A stretch of DNA of 64,000 bases from Candidatus Giovannonibacteria bacterium RIFOXYD1_FULL_48_21 (GTDB taxonomy: Bacteria > Patescibacteriota > Minisyncoccia > JACPKW01 > UBA11713), in NCBI GenBank assembly GCA_001778985.1, contig MFIU01000002.1, forward strand, positions 57,826 to 121,825. Reading direction: 5' to 3'. The position numbers were made by a program, and so were the translations under genes. The notes under the pieces were generated by a model, which saw only the letters and a list, made by a program, of their open reading frames with translations, ran no database searches and was not told where the DNA came from. Each line of letters opens with the position of its first letter. Positions within the stretch are counted from its first letter, which is position 1. Of this stretch, positions 56,303 to 64,000 are shown piece after piece.

Positions 56303-56574
56303 TAAAGAATGGTGAAATCTTTAAAATCCTCCGAAAGCGCCGCGGTGCCGATTTCAAACCTGTCCACCCGGGCGAAAATCGGGCCGCGCTTGGCCCATTC
56401 AAAAAGCTCCCGCACCTTCTCTCTTTCACCTCGCGCGACAATTTCCAGCGAACCGTCCTCAAGATTCTTGACGTATCCCGTTAAGCCCGAGGCGTGGGCG
56501 CGGCGCCGGGCCGAGTCGCGAAACAAAACCCGCTGAACCCGTCCGAAAACCCGCATTTTTTGGTATTCCGGCAT
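56299..56574 (-). CDS. acyP: Acylphosphatase
   Basis: VFGRVQRVLFR...GLTGYVKNLEDGSLEIVARG signature. Confidence 0.8.
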   Translation of the reverse strand: MPEYQKMRVFGRVQRVLFRDSARRRAHASGLTGYVKNLEDGSLEIVARGEREKVRELFEWAKRGPIFARVDRFEIGTAALSEDFKDFTILY

Positions 56575-56634
56575 ATCTTTACTATAAAATCTTTTCCTAT
56601 ATACTAAAAGGACGTTCTTGAATATTTTGTTTCA

Positions 56635-57324
56635 ATGAAATTACAACATGTGGCGATTATCCCGGACGGCAACCGGAGATGGGCCAAGCTTCACGGACTT
56701 AAGGCTTATCAAGGGCATCGGAAAGGCATGGACGAAACTCTGGAAAAGATACTCGGCGAAGCGCGGAAAATGAATATATCCTACATCACTGCCTGGGCGG
56801 CATCCCGAGATAACGTGCTGAAAAGAAGCAAGGCCGAGGTAAGTTTTCTTTACAGGCTTTTCGAAGAAAAATTTAAAAAATATCTGGCCGACAAAGAAAT
56901 TCACGAAAATCAGGTGAATATTAAAGTCATTGGAGAGTGGAAAGACTTTTTCCCGAAATCGCTCCAAGGGGCGATTTTCAACCTTGAAGAAGCAACGAAA
57001 GATTACTCAAAGCTTTTCCTGACTATTCTGATGGCCTATGACGGCAAGCGCGAGATGGCCGAAGCCTTTCGGAAAGCGCAGGCGAGCGGAGAGCAGATAG
57101 ACGAGGGAAACCTGAAAAATTATCTTTGGACAAAAAACCTTCCGCCCGTAGACTTGGTGATACGAACCGGCGGCAATCCACACTGGTCAGCTGGTTTTTT
57201 AATGTGGCATACGTCCGATTCGGAATTTTATTTCACCGAAACCCTGTGGCCGGCTTTTTCTGTGGCGGAATTTAGGAAAGCAATCAGCGAGTACGAAAGC
57301 CGCCCCCGAAATTTGGGCGCTTGA
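56635..57324 (+). CDS. uppS: Undecaprenyl-diphosphate synthase (isoprenyl transferase)
   Basis: HVAIIPDGNRRWA and cis-prenyltransferase fold. Confidence 0.9.
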   Translation: MKLQHVAIIPDGNRRWAKLHGLKAYQGHRKGMDETLEKILGEARKMNISYITAWAASRDNVLKRSKAEVSFLYRLFEEKFKKYLADKEIHENQVNIKVIGEWKDFFPKSLQGAIFNLEEATKDYSKLFLTILMAYDGKREMAEAFRKAQASGEQIDEGNLKNYLWTKNLPPVDLVIRTGGNPHWSAGFLMWHTSDSEFYFTETLWPAFSVAEFRKAISEYESRPRNLGA

Positions 57325-57384
57325 TTTTCAACGGCAACTTCGTAATAATTACCGCAAAAGAAGCTTAACAAAGGAGATAAGAAG

Positions 57385-57570
57385 ATGAAAAAGAAAAGCA
57401 GAAGTAGGAGGTCTTTTGAAATCCGCGGGATTCGGCCCGATGGCGCGAGAGAGTTGGGCTTTGGTGAAGGCACTCCGGAAGAAATCGCGAAATATCACCG
57501 TGAGCGTTTGAAAAATAACCCGGGCTCGATTTTTATTGCCCGAATGGTTGACAGAAAAAAGAAAGCGTGA
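57385..57570 (+). CDS. Small basic protein (61 aa)
   Basis: AAAGGAG ribosome-binding site 7 nt upstream. ORF only. Confidence 0.4.
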   Translation: MKKKSRSRRSFEIRGIRPDGARELGFGEGTPEEIAKYHRERLKNNPGSIFIARMVDRKKKA

Positions 57571-57603
57571 TAAAATAGCGCCAAACTTAAAAGGAGGTGG
57601 GGG

Positions 57604-57774
57604 ATGAGAAAAAACAGGAAGAAAAACGAAAAATTCGAGCTGGTCGTCCAGCTCGCTATAGTCATCTTTCTTTCTCTGATAATACTTTCCGTCCTGTGGT
57701 GGGACGGAAATAGAAAGACGGCGATCGCAGAAAAGGTAGCTAGCCAACAGCACATTGTAGTTTTTGTGAAATAA
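57604..57774 (+). CDS. Small single-TM protein (56 aa)
   Basis: Strong AAAGGAGGTGGGGG ribosome-binding site. Hydrophobic core. Not in the ORF track (under 60 aa). Confidence 0.4.
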   Translation: MRKNRKKNEKFELVVQLAIVIFLSLIILSVLWWDGNRKTAIAEKVASQQHIVVFVK

Positions 57775-57799
57775 CCGGGATAGGTCCCTGCCTATCCGA

Positions 57800-57837
57800 A
57801 AAGAGCCCCTCGTGGAGAAAACTCCCGGGGGCTCTTT
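57800..57837. terminator. Bidirectional terminator hairpin AAAGAGCCCC...GGGGCTCTTT
   Basis: 10-bp stem. T-rich sequence on both strands. Lies between convergent small genes and pepA. Confidence 0.5.
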
Positions 57838-57841
57838 ATTT

Positions 57842-59359
57842 CTAAAACTCTTCCAAAAGCCGGACCAAAAGACGAACCGGGGCGCCAGCCGCGCCTTTGG
57901 CCAAGTACTCCCCTTCTATGGTGGTCATCCGCGGCGCGATATCCAAATGCACCCAGGGATACCCTTTGGCCCACTGCCACAGAAAAACCGCGGCGGTAAT
58001 GGCGCCTCCGTATTTTGTCTTTCCGATATTGGCCCAATCGCCAAAAGTTCCCTTAATTTCTTCCTCATAATCCGCGGTCAGCGGCAAAGGCCAGACCGCG
58101 TCTCCAGTCTCGTTTCCCAGCTTTCTAAATCTCTCTTCCAGTTTTTTATCCGAAGTAAATAGTCCGGTCCAGCGCTGGCCCAAAGCCGCCATCGCCGCGC
58201 CTGTCAAAGTCGCGATATCCACCACCAGAGCCGGTTCATATTTTTTCGCGTACGTCAGAGCGTCCGCTAAAATTATCCGGCCCTCCGCGTCTGTATTCAA
58301 AACCTCGATGGTTTTGCCGGACATGGTGCGCAAAACGTCGCCCGGATGGTAACTCGAGCCGGAAGGCATATTTTCCACCGCCGGAACCAAGCCCACGATA
58401 TTCTTTTTCAGCTTTAATCGCGCGGCCGCGCGGATAGTATGAATAACCGCCGAACCTCCGGACATATCCATATGCATCTCATAAATCGCCTGCTCTGGTT
58501 TTAAATTAAGCCCGCCGGTGTCAAAGGTAACTCCCTTGCCTACTAGCACAATTGGCTTTTGATTTTTCGGGCCTTTTAGATATTCCATAACGATAAACCT
58601 CGGCCGCTCGTCAGAGCCTTTGGAAACGCCAAGAATCCCGCCCATTTTAAGGGCTTTTATTTTTTTCTCATCAAAAATCGAAACTTTAATGCCGGTGCCT
58701 TTCGCGTCTCTGCGGGCGTGTTGGGCCAAAATCCGCGGAGTCATGTCGCCCCCGGGCGTGTTGGCCAGACGCCGAGCCGCGTTAACTTCCTCTCCGACAA
58801 TCGTCCCGCGCCTAAAGCCCTCGGCGATATTTTTATCCGGCCTTGCCGCAATCGCCTGAATTTCATCAATAAAGTTAAATCCGTCTTTGGGCGGAGTTTT
58901 ATATTTCACGAATTCGAAATTAGCCATCTGGGCGTTGGCCGCGACCGCTTCGTAAAAATCTTGAGTTTTTTTCGCGTCCGTCCAGGGAGCTACCCAGAAC
59001 GCGAACTTTTTTATTTTTTCTTTTTTCGCCGTCTGAATCGCGATTCTGGTCGCCAGCGCCGCCTTTTGGGTGGAAAATTCGCTTTTCTTCGAAACTCCGA
59101 CCGTTAAAATCTTGCGTTCGGTTTTGGGTAAAATGAAAAGTTTAACTTCTTTCTCTTTTGGATTTACGCTTTTTCTTATTTTTTTGAGATAGTCTTTTTC
59201 CTCTTCGCTCAAAAATTTAAAAAGGGAGTAACCCGCAATATAGTCCCCTTCAAACATAAAAAACACCAAAGGAATCGTTTTCGGTTGGGGCTCGCGGAGA
59301 AGCTTAAATTTGACAGGCATGATAGTGAAGAAGATAACAGAAACCTTGACGAAAAGCAA
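57842..59359 (-). CDS. pepA: Leucyl aminopeptidase (M17)
   Basis: NTDAEGR motif and M17 catalytic domain. Confidence 0.9.
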   Translation of the reverse strand: MLFVKVSVIFFTIMPVKFKLLREPQPKTIPLVFFMFEGDYIAGYSLFKFLSEEEKDYLKKIRKSVNPKEKEVKLFILPKTERKILTVGVSKKSEFSTQKAALATRIAIQTAKKEKIKKFAFWVAPWTDAKKTQDFYEAVAANAQMANFEFVKYKTPPKDGFNFIDEIQAIAARPDKNIAEGFRRGTIVGEEVNAARRLANTPGGDMTPRILAQHARRDAKGTGIKVSIFDEKKIKALKMGGILGVSKGSDERPRFIVMEYLKGPKNQKPIVLVGKGVTFDTGGLNLKPEQAIYEMHMDMSGGSAVIHTIRAAARLKLKKNIVGLVPAVENMPSGSSYHPGDVLRTMSGKTIEVLNTDAEGRIILADALTYAKKYEPALVVDIATLTGAAMAALGQRWTGLFTSDKKLEERFRKLGNETGDAVWPLPLTADYEEEIKGTFGDWANIGKTKYGGAITAAVFLWQWAKGYPWVHLDIAPRMTTIEGEYLAKGAAGAPVRLLVRLLEEF

Positions 59360-59448
59360 AGATATTTGCTATACCAGTAAAGAAATTCTAGGAGTTCCGA
59401 ACATAGGCAAGGACCTTAAAAATCCTTAACAAAAGGGAGGAGATTATC

Positions 59449-60273
59449 ATGAGACGGCTGAAAGCACTATATTTATTACCCGTGGTTTTCCTTAGCGCCT
59501 GCGCGGCGCGAATGGAAGTTCTAACGGCGACGACCGAAAGCGGTACCGTCCTCGGACATTATGCTTTTTACCGTACCGATAACAAGGGCGGTATAGAGGC
59601 GGCAGGCCGAGACATATACGACAAGGATGGTAAACTCGTGGATACAAAGTTCGCCAGTGGCCCAACTGTACTTTATGGGACGACCGCCGGTAGTGCACCC
59701 GCTGTCGCGGGGGCAACCGGTTTCGCGCTCGGTATGAAATTTTTGCGGCCTACCGAGATCAACGAGACAACCAGCACCAACGTAAGCGGGGTGTCCTCGA
59801 GCGATCAAAGCCAAGGGCAACAGATGCAACAGCAGCAAAAACAGAAAGGCGGGGACGCAACTGCAAGCCCCACCGTGAGCTCCACGGCAAGTCCGGTCAT
59901 TAGTCCGACAGTGAGTCAGACCAACAGCCCGACTATTAGCCCGAGCGTCTCGGCCTCAACCGGCCCGATAAGTAACACGGCAAAAGGCGGTGCCGGAGGT
60001 CAAGGCGGTTTTGGATATGGGGTCGGAGGTCAAGGTGGCCAAGGCGGTTTTGGATACGGAGCGGGAGGAAGCTCTTTTTCCGGTGCAAGTGCAACTGCAA
60101 ACCCAACCATCGTCAACAAACCCACCACAAGTGTTGGCGTTGGGATAGGCATCGGCATTGACAACAAAAATGTCAACAAAGCCGAAAGCACGAACGTCAA
60201 CAAAAACGATAACTATAACAAGAACCAAACAAGCATAACCCAACCACAGCCGAAAAAGTGCGGCTGGTGCTGA
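59449..60273 (+). CDS. Lipoprotein with Ser/Thr/Pro-rich and Gly-rich (GGQGGFGYG) low-complexity repeats
   Basis: Lipobox LSAC. Repeats SPT(I/V)S and GGQGGFGYG. C-terminal CGWC. Confidence 0.5.
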   Translation: MRRLKALYLLPVVFLSACAARMEVLTATTESGTVLGHYAFYRTDNKGGIEAAGRDIYDKDGKLVDTKFASGPTVLYGTTAGSAPAVAGATGFALGMKFLRPTEINETTSTNVSGVSSSDQSQGQQMQQQQKQKGGDATASPTVSSTASPVISPTVSQTNSPTISPSVSASTGPISNTAKGGAGGQGGFGYGVGGQGGQGGFGYGAGGSSFSGASATANPTIVNKPTTSVGVGIGIGIDNKNVNKAESTNVNKNDNYNKNQTSITQPQPKKCGWC

Positions 60274-60293
60274 ACAACACAGAAGGAGGAAAT

Positions 60294-61073
60294 ATGCAGA
60301 AGATAGCGGTACTGTTGGCGCTCGCGTTCGGGATTTTATTCCCAGCGCTGAGCCAAGCCTACGTGGTCGCGCCAAAGGTCGGCGTGGTCATGGTGGAAAT
60401 CAAGCGCGGCGACACTTTCTCGGGGGTATGCTCCGACTTGTCAAAGAAAGGTCTCCTGCCAGAGAAATTCGGGGCCGTAAGGTGTAAAAACTCGGCCCTC
60501 GCGCGAAACGGCCTGACCGAAGAAAGCGCGCGATACATCCAGCCCGGGGATCTTTACTTTTTCCCGTATCTGCCGCTCGCGAAATATGAGGGAAAAGTTC
60601 GACAAGAAATCGCCGCCTCTCTTCTTCCGCTCCTCAATAAAGCAGAGAGGGGAACAAAAGTAGTCGGACAAAGGCTGAAGGCGGCCGAACAAGAAAGAGA
60701 TAAAGCGCTCGACCAGCTTCGCGAGTGGAAAATCGGGGCCTTCCTGGGCATGGGGATGCTCACTATTTTCGCAGTATTAATCTTTTTCTTAACGCGCGGT
60801 TTTTTCCGGGTGAAGATTAACAACCTAAAAAGCTGGCAACTTGGGGAGAAAGTAACCTATACTCTCCCCGGCACAAAAAAGACCGTTAGCTTCAAGGTTG
60901 TGGGGAGCGGCTTCAAACAAGACGACGGCCGGGAAGTCCCCTTCTTGCGTCTCCAAAGCTCGCTCGCTCCTGATGTTGTGGTGGACTCGTACCCCGCCAA
61001 CAACGTCTATCGGCACATGCGAAAGCATTTGGAGCCAAGCATCATTGAGTTCGAGCAGAGAACCGTAAACTAA
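60294..61073 (+). CDS. LysM-like domain membrane protein
   Basis: Signal or TM, LysM-like segment (VVMVEIKRGDTFSGVCSDL...IQPGDLYFFP), central TM. Confidence 0.45.
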   Translation: MQKIAVLLALAFGILFPALSQAYVVAPKVGVVMVEIKRGDTFSGVCSDLSKKGLLPEKFGAVRCKNSALARNGLTEESARYIQPGDLYFFPYLPLAKYEGKVRQEIAASLLPLLNKAERGTKVVGQRLKAAEQERDKALDQLREWKIGAFLGMGMLTIFAVLIFFLTRGFFRVKINNLKSWQLGEKVTYTLPGTKKTVSFKVVGSGFKQDDGREVPFLRLQSSLAPDVVVDSYPANNVYRHMRKHLEPSIIEFEQRTVN

Positions 61074-61198
61074 CTCAAACCAGCTCTTTACCGATTTACC
61101 GATTTTGCGTCTGTCCGAGAGTATTTTACTCATAAGACAGCGCCAAGTCTACGGTGAGGAGGAAACTCCATAAGCGTAGAGAGATCGGATGAATCGAA

Positions 61199-61240
61199 AA
61201 AGCCCCTTCCGCCAAAACGGACGGGGCTTTTTAATTTTGC
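61199..61240. terminator. Intrinsic terminator between the convergent LysM-like gene and the SipW operon
   Basis: AAGCCCC...GGGGCTT hairpin + TTTTAATTTT. Confidence 0.5.
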
Positions 61241-61249
61241 TAACGTAGA

Positions 61250-62224
61250 CTAACTCGCCTCTTCGGGATTGTCAGCAGGAGGTGCTGTGTCCTCCGAAGC
61301 CGGAGGCGAATCCTCAATCGTATTTTCTCCGCTTTCACCGCTTTCACCCGCCGTAGCCTCTGGCGAAGGCCGGGCGCTAGCGGAATTTCCTCCGGTATCA
61401 GCTTCAACTTCAACATTATTTTCAACCACCGCCTCGCTCTGATTTTCAACAACGGTGTCAGTCTGAACTTCTGTTATTTCAGTATTAACGATATTCTCCA
61501 CCTCGGATTGGGCGCAGGCGTCTCCGGTGATAATTATTCCGCCGCTGGAATATCCCCCGAAGTCTGGGAAGTCAGGAAAATCCGGAAAGTCTGGAAAATC
61601 TGGAAAATCAAAATCATCGCATTCCTTGGGCGGTTCTTTGCAGGTCGAAACCTTCTTGGCGTTGTTGGTTTTCTTGACGCGGTCTTTCATATCCTCGAGC
61701 TCCTGGTCCGTAACCGAGTTGGAGTCATTCGCCTCCTGCGTCAAAAGCTGGTCCGCTTCGTCAGCGAGCTCATTAATCCGAATATCTTCTCCGGGCACCA
61801 AAGCGTTCCCCACCCCGAAATGCGCGATATTGAATTTTAACGCCAAAAGTTCGCGCGCGAGCTTGTCATACATCGTATCGTTATTGTTCAAAATCTCCTC
61901 GGCCTCATCGGGAGTCTCTACCCAGACCGGCCCCACGCTCTGCGGCAAATCCCACAAGTCTTCGTGGTTCTTCCAAAATCCTCTAGAGCGTATCTCAAAT
62001 TTGTCACAGCCCTCGATTTGCGCCGTGACGTTTATGACGTGCGCCTCAAAAGCGAAAATCAAAGGCAGGGAGGCGAGCGTCAAAACCAGGCCAGTCAAAG
62101 CGATTCCGAAAATAGAACGCTTTTTAAAAGTAGAAAATAACCCGAACTTCTTAACCCTGGCTCGGGGTCTTTGCCTGACGGTTCTTTTCTTTATTTGCTT
62201 CGGTCTTATGTCTACTATTAACAT
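61250..62224 (-). CDS. SipW-cognate secreted protein (TasA/camelysin-like class), acidic, with DFP x6 repeat
   Basis: The signal peptide ends ...LPLIFAFEAHVINVTAQIE, shared with the paralog at 63215..63919. DFPDFPDFPDFPDFPDF repeat. Acidic C-terminal tail. Confidence 0.5.
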   Translation of the reverse strand: MLIVDIRPKQIKKRTVRQRPRARVKKFGLFSTFKKRSIFGIALTGLVLTLASLPLIFAFEAHVINVTAQIEGCDKFEIRSRGFWKNHEDLWDLPQSVGPVWVETPDEAEEILNNNDTMYDKLARELLALKFNIAHFGVGNALVPGEDIRINELADEADQLLTQEANDSNSVTDQELEDMKDRVKKTNNAKKVSTCKEPPKECDDFDFPDFPDFPDFPDFPDFGGYSSGGIIITGDACAQSEVENIVNTEITEVQTDTVVENQSEAVVENNVEVEADTGGNSASARPSPEATAGESGESGENTIEDSPPASEDTAPPADNPEEAS

Positions 62225-62225
62225 G

Positions 62226-62678
62226 CTAATTTTTAATGTTTGCGCTTATCACTGAAATAAAACCGAGGTACGGAATCCGAATATATGTATCTCCGACTTT
62301 GTACGCCTTACCGATAATGTCTTCATATCTGACCGCTTCGTCATCCTTAAAATTCGCGTCGCCCTTGGTGGTTAAAGTTTTTTCGGAGAGCTTCACGATT
62401 CTATGTATTGTGAATCCCTGCCTGCCGTCAGGCATGGCCTTTGGATTTGACCAGACCACGATATCTCCCACGCTTAATTCTTCTTTGCTCTTAACTCCCT
62501 TGATTAAAATTAAATCCCCTTCCTTCAGAATCGGCCACATTGAGCCGGACGTTATCGAGGCCATGGGATATGGCGTACCCAGCCACTTTGAGAGCCCGAC
62601 CGGAAGCCCCCAAAATATCAGCGCGACAATGGCCGCATAGATTACTATATCCAAAAGTATCTTCAGAAATTTCTTCAT
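62226..62678 (-). CDS. sipW: Signal peptidase I, archaeal/eukaryotic type (SipW/Sec11-like)
   Basis: Catalytic Ser in ITSGSMWPILKEGDLILI. His in GFTIHRIV. No bacterial P-type GDNRxxSxDSR box. 150 aa. Confidence 0.7.
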   Translation of the reverse strand: MKKFLKILLDIVIYAAIVALIFWGLPVGLSKWLGTPYPMASITSGSMWPILKEGDLILIKGVKSKEELSVGDIVVWSNPKAMPDGRQGFTIHRIVKLSEKTLTTKGDANFKDDEAVRYEDIIGKAYKVGDTYIRIPYLGFISVISANIKN

Positions 62679-62681
62679 ATC

Positions 62682-63128
62682 CTATCCGCTTTTCCATGTT
62701 GGTACGCGAAATATAAAAACTCTTCCAGTATATTTCGCGCCTATTTCAGCCGAAGCCGGCATATAGACCGTGAACTCTATCCGGTCGGCCGTTTTGGGGG
62801 CGAGGACGAAATAATTTTTATTAAGGTCCATCAGCTCGGAAATTTTTCCGACCCTGACCACGGCAATCCACATGCCGACCGGCGTTTGGTTTTCAATGTC
62901 CACTCTTCGGATAGCCGATGTCCCGCGGGACAGGTCTCCAAAATCCAATCTCTCGGTCGTGGGATTCACTCCCACTCTGCCCTCGCCTTCAATCACCAAA
63001 ACCTGCGCCGAATATTTGTTGGCATCGAGCGCGATGTAGAAGACGGCGAGAAAAATAATAATAAGAACAACGGCGAGGATTTTCTCACCCTTGGTCATCC
63101 TCCGCCAAAAACTTTTGTCTTCTTCCAT
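62682..63128 (-). CDS. TM-anchored beta-sandwich protein of the SipW operon
   Basis: N-terminal TM and a beta-rich extracytoplasmic domain. Confidence 0.4.
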   Translation of the reverse strand: MEEDKSFWRRMTKGEKILAVVLIIIFLAVFYIALDANKYSAQVLVIEGEGRVGVNPTTERLDFGDLSRGTSAIRRVDIENQTPVGMWIAVVRVGKISELMDLNKNYFVLAPKTADRIEFTVYMPASAEIGAKYTGRVFIFRVPTWKSG

Positions 63129-63214
63129 ATGTATGTTTCCCCTATCGGCTTATTAATCGCCGAATCCTCCGGCCCGTCACAAGCGAGCCAGAGAGATTCG
63201 AAGATCAATCGCTG

Positions 63215-63919
63215 TTATCGGGGTATGTCACTGAAACGGCTAACACGGTTAACTTCGACCCAGAGATCACAGCCGAAGAGTTCGCTTTCCAAAGCAGGAT
63301 CAAGCTCATACTCATCAGGTATTTCCTCGTCTTGGGCGCAATTTCCAATAAAACACGGTACATGAAGATCGATTGTCCAACTGTCCTCAATATCGTCTTC
63401 GGACTTCGCCAAGACTCCAAATACATCGAAGAAACTTGCCACAGAAGGCGTCCAAGCTGGTGTCGAGGTAGGTCCGTGGAAAGCGGCCAAATTCCCATCG
63501 TTATCAGGACTCTTGTCATCCTCTTTCGAAAGGTAAGGACATAGTATCGGCAACATTTCGAACTCCTCATCTTCGCAAACGAATATAGTACGCCCGGGGT
63601 TCTGTGGATCTGGTACTTCTGTCACGCGGCCAAAACCCTCTTCGCCATCAAAGCATTTAGGTTTCTGGCGAATATGATATTCGATGTCATCCGCATCAGG
63701 CTCCTCAAAGAAGGAACGGCTCATCGCGATTGTGGCAGTAGCCAGGCGAACCTCCTCAGGGAATACCGTACCAAATGCTATCTCGAGAGGACTTACCGAC
63801 AGAGCGTTCTCAATTGTTGCCGTTACGTTAATCACATGCGCCTCGAAGGCCGCGAAGAGAGGGAGCATCGCTACCGCTGTTCCTGCGGCGGCGATTCCTA
63901 AGATTATTTTCTTTTTCAT
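63215..63919 (-). CDS. SipW-cognate secreted protein paralog (acidic)
   Basis: The signal peptide ends ...LPLFAAFEAHVINVTATIEN. Acidic, Cys-containing mature region. Confidence 0.5.
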   Translation of the reverse strand: MKKKIILGIAAAGTAVAMLPLFAAFEAHVINVTATIENALSVSPLEIAFGTVFPEEVRLATATIAMSRSFFEEPDADDIEYHIRQKPKCFDGEEGFGRVTEVPDPQNPGRTIFVCEDEEFEMLPILCPYLSKEDDKSPDNDGNLAAFHGPTSTPAWTPSVASFFDVFGVLAKSEDDIEDSWTIDLHVPCFIGNCAQDEEIPDEYELDPALESELFGCDLWVEVNRVSRFSDIPR

Positions 63920-64000
63920 AGATTAATTTTTAATTATCGCCAATAATTATCGACCAATAATATTTATTTTTTATTTGATGAAAGCTATTGGCGGCGAACC

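Overview
This 64-kb window reads as a small, AT-moderate, densely packed bacterial genome segment, probably from a reduced-genome Patescibacteria/CPR-like organism (inference from a short ThrS, a short SMC, an unlinked 16S, and many small membrane or secreted proteins). Most of it is housekeeping: murF, rmuC, rplU, recR, dnaB, cysS, ctpA, rplI, rpmA, dnaX, ftsQ, serS, an ECF sigma factor, ddl, trmD, rpsP plus a KH protein, smc, rnc, a nusB-NUDIX fusion, rpmF, rnhB, dnaE, thrS, miaA, gatB, efp, acyP, uppS and pepA. It also carries four tRNAs (Glu, Gln, Ala, Ile) and a complete 16S rRNA on the minus strand with no 23S beside it.

Several features stand out:
- A cobalamin riboswitch at about 33.3 kb sits directly upstream of an operon. 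That operon encodes a secreted transcobalamin/intrinsic-factor-like protein (an alpha/alpha-toroid domain plus a DUF4430 beta domain), a surface-anchored beta-sandwich protein, a stand-alone DUF4430 protein, and a BtuM/CbrT-like six-helix membrane protein. Together these look like a B12-scavenging system.
- A roughly 240-nt sense fragment closely matching 23S rRNA domain V (H75-H79, the L1-stalk region) lies in the 3' region of rplU. Next to it is a PaaX-family regulator gene flanked by a duplicated operator/promoter module.
- A family of hairpin elements recurs six times at gene boundaries. Each has a conserved 13-bp stem (CCCCGTTAGAAAT / ATTTCTAACGGGG, with compensatory variants) and an unrelated loop of 4 to about 95 nt. 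One copy sits in the 16S-tRNA-Ile spacer, one at the tRNA-Ala 5' end, and one bridges the dnaE/thrS junction.
- Two IS200/IS605-like HuH-Y1 transposase elements carry subterminal palindromes. One is inserted inside the rpsP-KH-trmD operon.
- An archaeal-type SipW signal peptidase is flanked by two paralogous cognate secreted proteins.
- An AT-rich islet around tRNA-Gln carries a free-standing LAGLIDADG endonuclease and an HTH plus LAGLIDADG-like protein.
- A tRNA-Glu 3'-half duplicate lies next to a GIY-YIG gene.

All calls come from reading the sequence and the supplied ORF translations by eye; no searches were run.
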